From Somniosus microcephalus (taxonomy: Eukaryota): a stretch of 64,000 nucleotides of DNA. Below the pieces are notes generated by a model. The model searched no databases. It was not told the DNA's origin and was given only the letters and a program-made list of their open reading frames with translations. Shown here piece by piece: positions 59,219-64,000 of this stretch; the stretch's first letter is position 1; the number at the start of each line of letters is the position of its first letter. The position numbers were made by a program, and so were the translations under genes. The stretch covers positions 42,346,001 to 42,410,000 of the forward strand of contig CM126226.1 in assembly GCA_052327205.1 (NCBI GenBank), read 5' to 3'.

Positions 59219-60487
59219 AATGGGTTGAGACTGGCTATTTAGAGAATTGGAGGAGAATGTAACTGATTTATTAAATTCACCTTAAAAAGTGAAAACCTGA
59301 GAGAAAGATGCCTCTGATAAGAAAAGTTATTGATACATTTACAGAGGGAACGAGCTGACAGCATCTCACACACATACACACATACACTGATCACATTCAG
59401 TCTGAATGTCGTTTCCACCCTCCCCTTCACCTTTGCTGAGGGCTAGCCACAGTCTGTTTACAGGACGACGGGGTGGGGGGGGGGGGCAGTGCTGTTAGAT
59501 TACCAGCTCTCCGCACAACTTGTACATTCCCATAGGAAATGGCTAGGAGATTCTTGTCAGCTTTCTGCGCCAGTCTGACAGGGACTTTACAGCCTTGGTC
59601 AATGCTGAGTCTGGCCGGCAGGAGTTTTGAAACTCTTAAAATATCAGTGCACAGAACACTGCAACCTTTAAAAAAATTAAATAAGTAAAAATTTACTGTG
59701 ACGGCCTATGGAATTTTAACATTCCTGTAGCACTTCATCAGCAACGGAATTTTAATTATTCTTTAAACAGTGGCAATCAATCGTTTTGTGCCCTTTTGGT
59801 TTTTATTGCTCGGATCTATGATTTTTCTAAAACTGAAAACTTCGCTCTCCTCCAGTGTCAGTGTTATCATATCTTAAGATGCAGCCATCCATTTTGGCCA
59901 CATCTGTTTTTCATTTCCTTAACTATATATTTTTTTCCTTCTTCTGTGTCTGTATTAGCTTGTTTCAATTACTATCTCACCACAGTGCGGGGACACTGCC
60001 TCTGAGACAGAAATGGCTCAGTGACTGTGAATATGGTGTGTCGACTGGAGTCCTGTTACATGTTTACAGAATGCTGACTCCTTTGCCTTTCACAGGGCCC
60101 AGTAATTACCCTTTTTAATACAACATTTCTTCACTTGTAGATGTTGCCTTGGTGATGGAGGGTCGGGGGGTTGGTGGGGGCAGTTGGAAAAACGCATTTA
60201 CATTGCTGACATTTTACTGAGTAATTTGATTTATTTTAAGTGTTGGATTATTCCCCTTAAATTGATCCCCCTTTTCTCTTCTGCTTCAAGAGGGACATGA
60301 GGTGGGGGAACCTTTCCACTGTTTTTATAGGAATGATATACTCACTGGGAGCAAGCCGTTAACAATCAGAAGGAACAACTTTCACATCTACCCTCTCTCA
60401 TAATAAAGTATGACTTTCTTTTAAAAATATAAATAATATGTGGTTGAGATTCACACTGGACAGGGGACTGGTGGACAGAAATGACCT

Positions 60488-60565
60488 TACTAATAGTATA
60501 CGATAACGTTACAAACGTCCATATACTAATAGTATACGATAACGTTACAAACGTCCATATACTAA
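60488..60565. repeat. Perfect 36-bp tandem duplication
   Basis: TACTAATAGTATACGATAACGTTACAAACGTCCATA twice, plus TACTAA. Confidence 0.95.
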
Positions 60566-61132
60566 CCTAGCCATATAACAAACAGAGAGATCACACAAAG
60601 GCCTCAAACATTCAAAGTACCATTTAATGCTTTTATTCAATATCCTTTTTCTTTCATTTGCTACAAAAATATTTATTTGTTAGGAGCCTTTATGCAACAA
60701 TAATTAATGATGTAATAATGATTTTTTTTAATGTTCTTCACGGAGCATCAGCAGTAATCCTCACCCCACACTCCAGGAGCAAAACCTAATACTGACACAT
60801 ATTGGTGCTATTTACAGATCTACAAATAAAATGACCAGGATCCACAGTAAGCACTCGTGTATAAGTTATGCTAATAGGTAACATAATCGATAACGTATGC
60901 ATTTTAAAAAGGAACAGAAACTGCTACACCACTGCTAACTATAATAATTTCATTAATGGTCCATTGCTTCAGTCTGGCTTAATCGGTCACACTTTTACCT
61001 CTCAGGTAAAAAGTTGTATCATCAAGACCTACTCCAGGACCTGAGAAGATAAACTAGGCCATCGCTTCAGTGCAGTACTGTGGGAAAATTGTCCCCTCAT
61101 TTTATCGTGGTGAAACGCGCCATGTTGAAGAC

Positions 61133-61562
61133 AGAAAGACTTGCATTTATATGGTCTTATCACATCTCTCTCAGAATGATCTCAAAATGCTTCTCATACC
61201 ATAAATTATTTTGAAGAGCATTAATTAAGCAGACCAAAGTGGCAGCTACTTTGCACACAGCAAGATCCCACAAACGCGTAATCTGTTTTTGGTGGAGCTG
61301 GTTGAGGGAGAAATGTTGGCCAGGACATGATAGAACACCCTACTCTTCTTTGAATTGTGACATGGGATCTTTAATATCTACCTGAACCACTGAAACAATG
61401 GAGCCTGGGATTGAAGTGTTTCATTCATTCAATGGCACCTCTGACAGTACAACACTCCCTCAACACTGCACTGAAGTGCCAGCCTGGATTATGTGCTCCA
61501 GTCTTTAGAGTGGGACTTGAACCCACAACCTTTTGACTCACAGGCGAAAGTGCTTGCACTGA
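61133..61562 (-). mobile_element. Deu-domain SINE, near full length (a plus-strand head fragment lies at ~60965-61082)
   Basis: Tail, Deu core and head recognisable. Confidence 0.8.
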
Positions 61563-62909
61563 GATTGCAACAATGTGATAAACTGTGACATCGCCAGAAG
61601 CAATGTACATTCAACTTTTATCATTGTAATAACACTAGCTGATCTCCTATGGTATTGCTCACAGGAAGTCTGGAATCTGGGGCACGGTTGTGATGTTGAA
61701 CTGCTAACCTGGCCTGTCCCTTTAAGGCAACTGCTCAAGTACTCCCTGTGGGAATCCAGGTAATTGTGGCTGCTTCTAAATTCCTACGGTCAATTAGAGG
61801 TCAGCAAATTGCTTGCAAATTTTAGGCTGCAGGATAAAATACATGGGATTTCTCTTTTTTTCCCAAATTGTGTTCCATCTGTAACAAAATGTGATGTTTG
61901 GAGTGTGACATGTGGAGGGCAACGGATGCACACTAGTGTAAGACTAGCTTTCGTTCTCTTTCTTGTAAGCATGAGGTCAATTAGAGTTTAATTATTATTT
62001 TAGTCAGGGGACTTTGTAGATGGCAATGTGCTTGTAGGTTTCAGGCTGCAGCTCAGAAGCACCCAGTAAGTTGAGACTGTTTTGCATCTGTAACAAAGTG
62101 TGACGTCTGGAGTGCGATGTCAGCATGTTTATAATATATTATTTTACGATTTCTATTCTGTATATTCATTGATGGAGGGATAGGAGTTGTATCCACACCC
62201 AGTTATCATGCTCTGACTATTTTTACACTTCACAGACATGTCTCATTGGATCAAGTATGAAGCATTGACCTCAGTATTTCAGACCAAAGTTTCCTTCAGC
62301 TAACAGTCCACTAAATACTGTGGGTTCCAGGACACAGCTTCATATAATTTCAGAAATCTAAAGCTAACAGAATTAATTTACCACGCGCCAGCAGAAACTA
62401 GTTTAGATTTCGATTTGCATTCCCTTAACCAGACATGTTAACCTATCAGCTTTTCCCTTAAGTGAAACCAACTGCTTCTCTGTGAGATGCAGTCGAGGGG
62501 AAGTATAATACTTAAAAATACTTTAAATAATTTCTAACAGACCTTGAACAAACATTGCTGTGTAGAATTTAAACTGATTTTCATGCTCTTCAGTTCTTGT
62601 GAAGTCTGGAGTGTGTTCCTTTTTACTGCAGCTACCAGTTTGACACCTGTTCCTGCTTGTGCAAGTAAGGAGGATCAAGCTACACTGCTAGGTCTGTATC
62701 CCTCTCGAATCAGGAAATGCAGAACACTACATATACACACAATCACAACACGTAACCACTCCGTGTCCAAATGCTGCATAAATCTTGAGCATTATTATTT
62801 GGCCAGCTATTTATTAATATTGGAAACTTAAAGGTGATTGGGCGAATGCATGGAAACTTTTTGAACTGTAAAAATTAAAGTTTAAAACGTTTGCTTCTTG
62901 TGAGTTAAA

Positions 62910-63448
62910 GGAAGAACTTGCATTTATATAGCGACTTTCATGACCTTAGGACGTCCCAAAATGTTTTACAAACAATGAAGTACTTTTGAAGTGTAATCAC
63001 TGTTGTAATGTAGGAAACACGGCGGCAAATTTGTACACAGCAAGCTCCCACAAACAGCAATGAGATAATGACCAGATAATCAGTTTTAGTGATATTGGTT
63101 GATAGTTAAATATTGGCCATAACTCCCCTGCTCTTCATCAAATAGTGATCTTTTACGTTCACCTGAGAGGGCAGACGGGGCCTTGATTTAATGTCTCATT
63201 CAAAAGACGGCTCCTCCGACAGTGCAGCACTCCCTCAGTACTGCACTGGAGTGTCAGCCTGGATTATGTGCTTACGCCTCTGGTGTGGGACTTGAACCCA
63301 CAACATTCTGACCCAGAACATGGGATATTTAACGTTCACTTGGACACCCAAACGGGGCCTCAGTTTAACATCTCGCCTGAAGTACGACACCTCCAGCACT
63401 CCCTCAGTAGTGCACTGGAGCGCCAGCCTTGGATTATGCGCTGAAGCC
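62910..63448 (-). mobile_element. Deu-domain SINE plus an adjacent second partial copy
   Basis: Tail 62910, head ~63320; body repeated at 63320-63448. Confidence 0.85.
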
Positions 63449-63621
63449 CGGGCTGCAGTTATAATACAGCCGGTGCACAGCTGGAGTGGTTTGAGACTAT
63501 CTCCTGGAAATGGGCTCGTAATCTGACACCCATCCTGGTTTGGGTGTAGCCAACCTGCACTCCCCATGTCACCCTTAAATTGAACAGATTCATTAGATCA
63601 GTGAGCAGCAAAATAGAAAAG

Positions 63622-63775
63622 GGAAAACTGCAAAAAGCTTGGAAATAAAATGATGGAAATACACAGACTCAGTGAAGAGAAAAGACAGATTATGGTATGT
63701 CGGCTGATTATCCTTCATCAGAACTCATCTGGATACCAACAGATCTCTAGGTGTTTTGATTTTGGATATATCCAC
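63622..63775. mobile_element. Penelope pseudo-LTR remnant
   Basis: GAAAACTGCAAAAAGCTTGGAAATAAAATGATGGAAATACACAG and TCCTTCATCAGAACT (minus AGUUCUGAUGAAGGA). Confidence 0.5.
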
Positions 63776-64000
63776 CAATGTGGCAACAGAGCAAAGAACA
63801 GGCCTTTCCAAAGCCCCGGGTCCACAGAATTCAATGGGGACAAACCAGCGAGTGAGAAACAGAAGCACAAATAGGATTGAGTTGCTTGGGCTTCAAGGGC
63901 TGGATTTACAGAGCCGGCGGCTGAATGTGACTCTCGGTCTGTAGGATGGACACCCTCATTTCAGGGTAAAATGCAACAGGTGCAAAAAGAAACCAATCAC

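Overview
Eukaryotic, repeat-rich, apparently non-genic DNA (intergenic or a large intron). The repeat set points to a cartilaginous fish (inference): Deu-domain SINEs of SacSINE1 type, CR1/HER1-like LINE ends with (TATGTTCT)n tails, L2 tails and Penelope-like elements. I recognised no host protein-coding exon. Main content: (i) a cluster of PIF/Harbinger DNA transposons, including several MITEs with 3-bp TSDs at a shared palindromic target, a nested pair at 48750-54860, and three Myb/SANT-like partner genes. One of these genes (exons 34044-34280, 34613-34775, 34935-35884; 449 aa) is fully open and carries about 11 tandem 11-residue amphipathic repeats. No intact transposase is present. (ii) A near full-length CR1/L2-group LINE (13580-16864, minus) with no ORF1 and a tRNA-like 5' head, plus a short element sharing both its head and its tail (30852-31218). 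(iii) A Penelope-like RT/GIY-YIG element and hammerhead-ribozyme-type motifs, including a back-to-back pair on opposite strands. (iv) A 1.3-kb G-rich minisatellite with a short inverted sister array, several templated duplications, a solo LTR nested in a SINE, a 5S rRNA fragment and repeat-free islands that may be conserved non-coding elements. Family names come from recognising motifs, not from database searches. Boundaries of old repeats are approximate.
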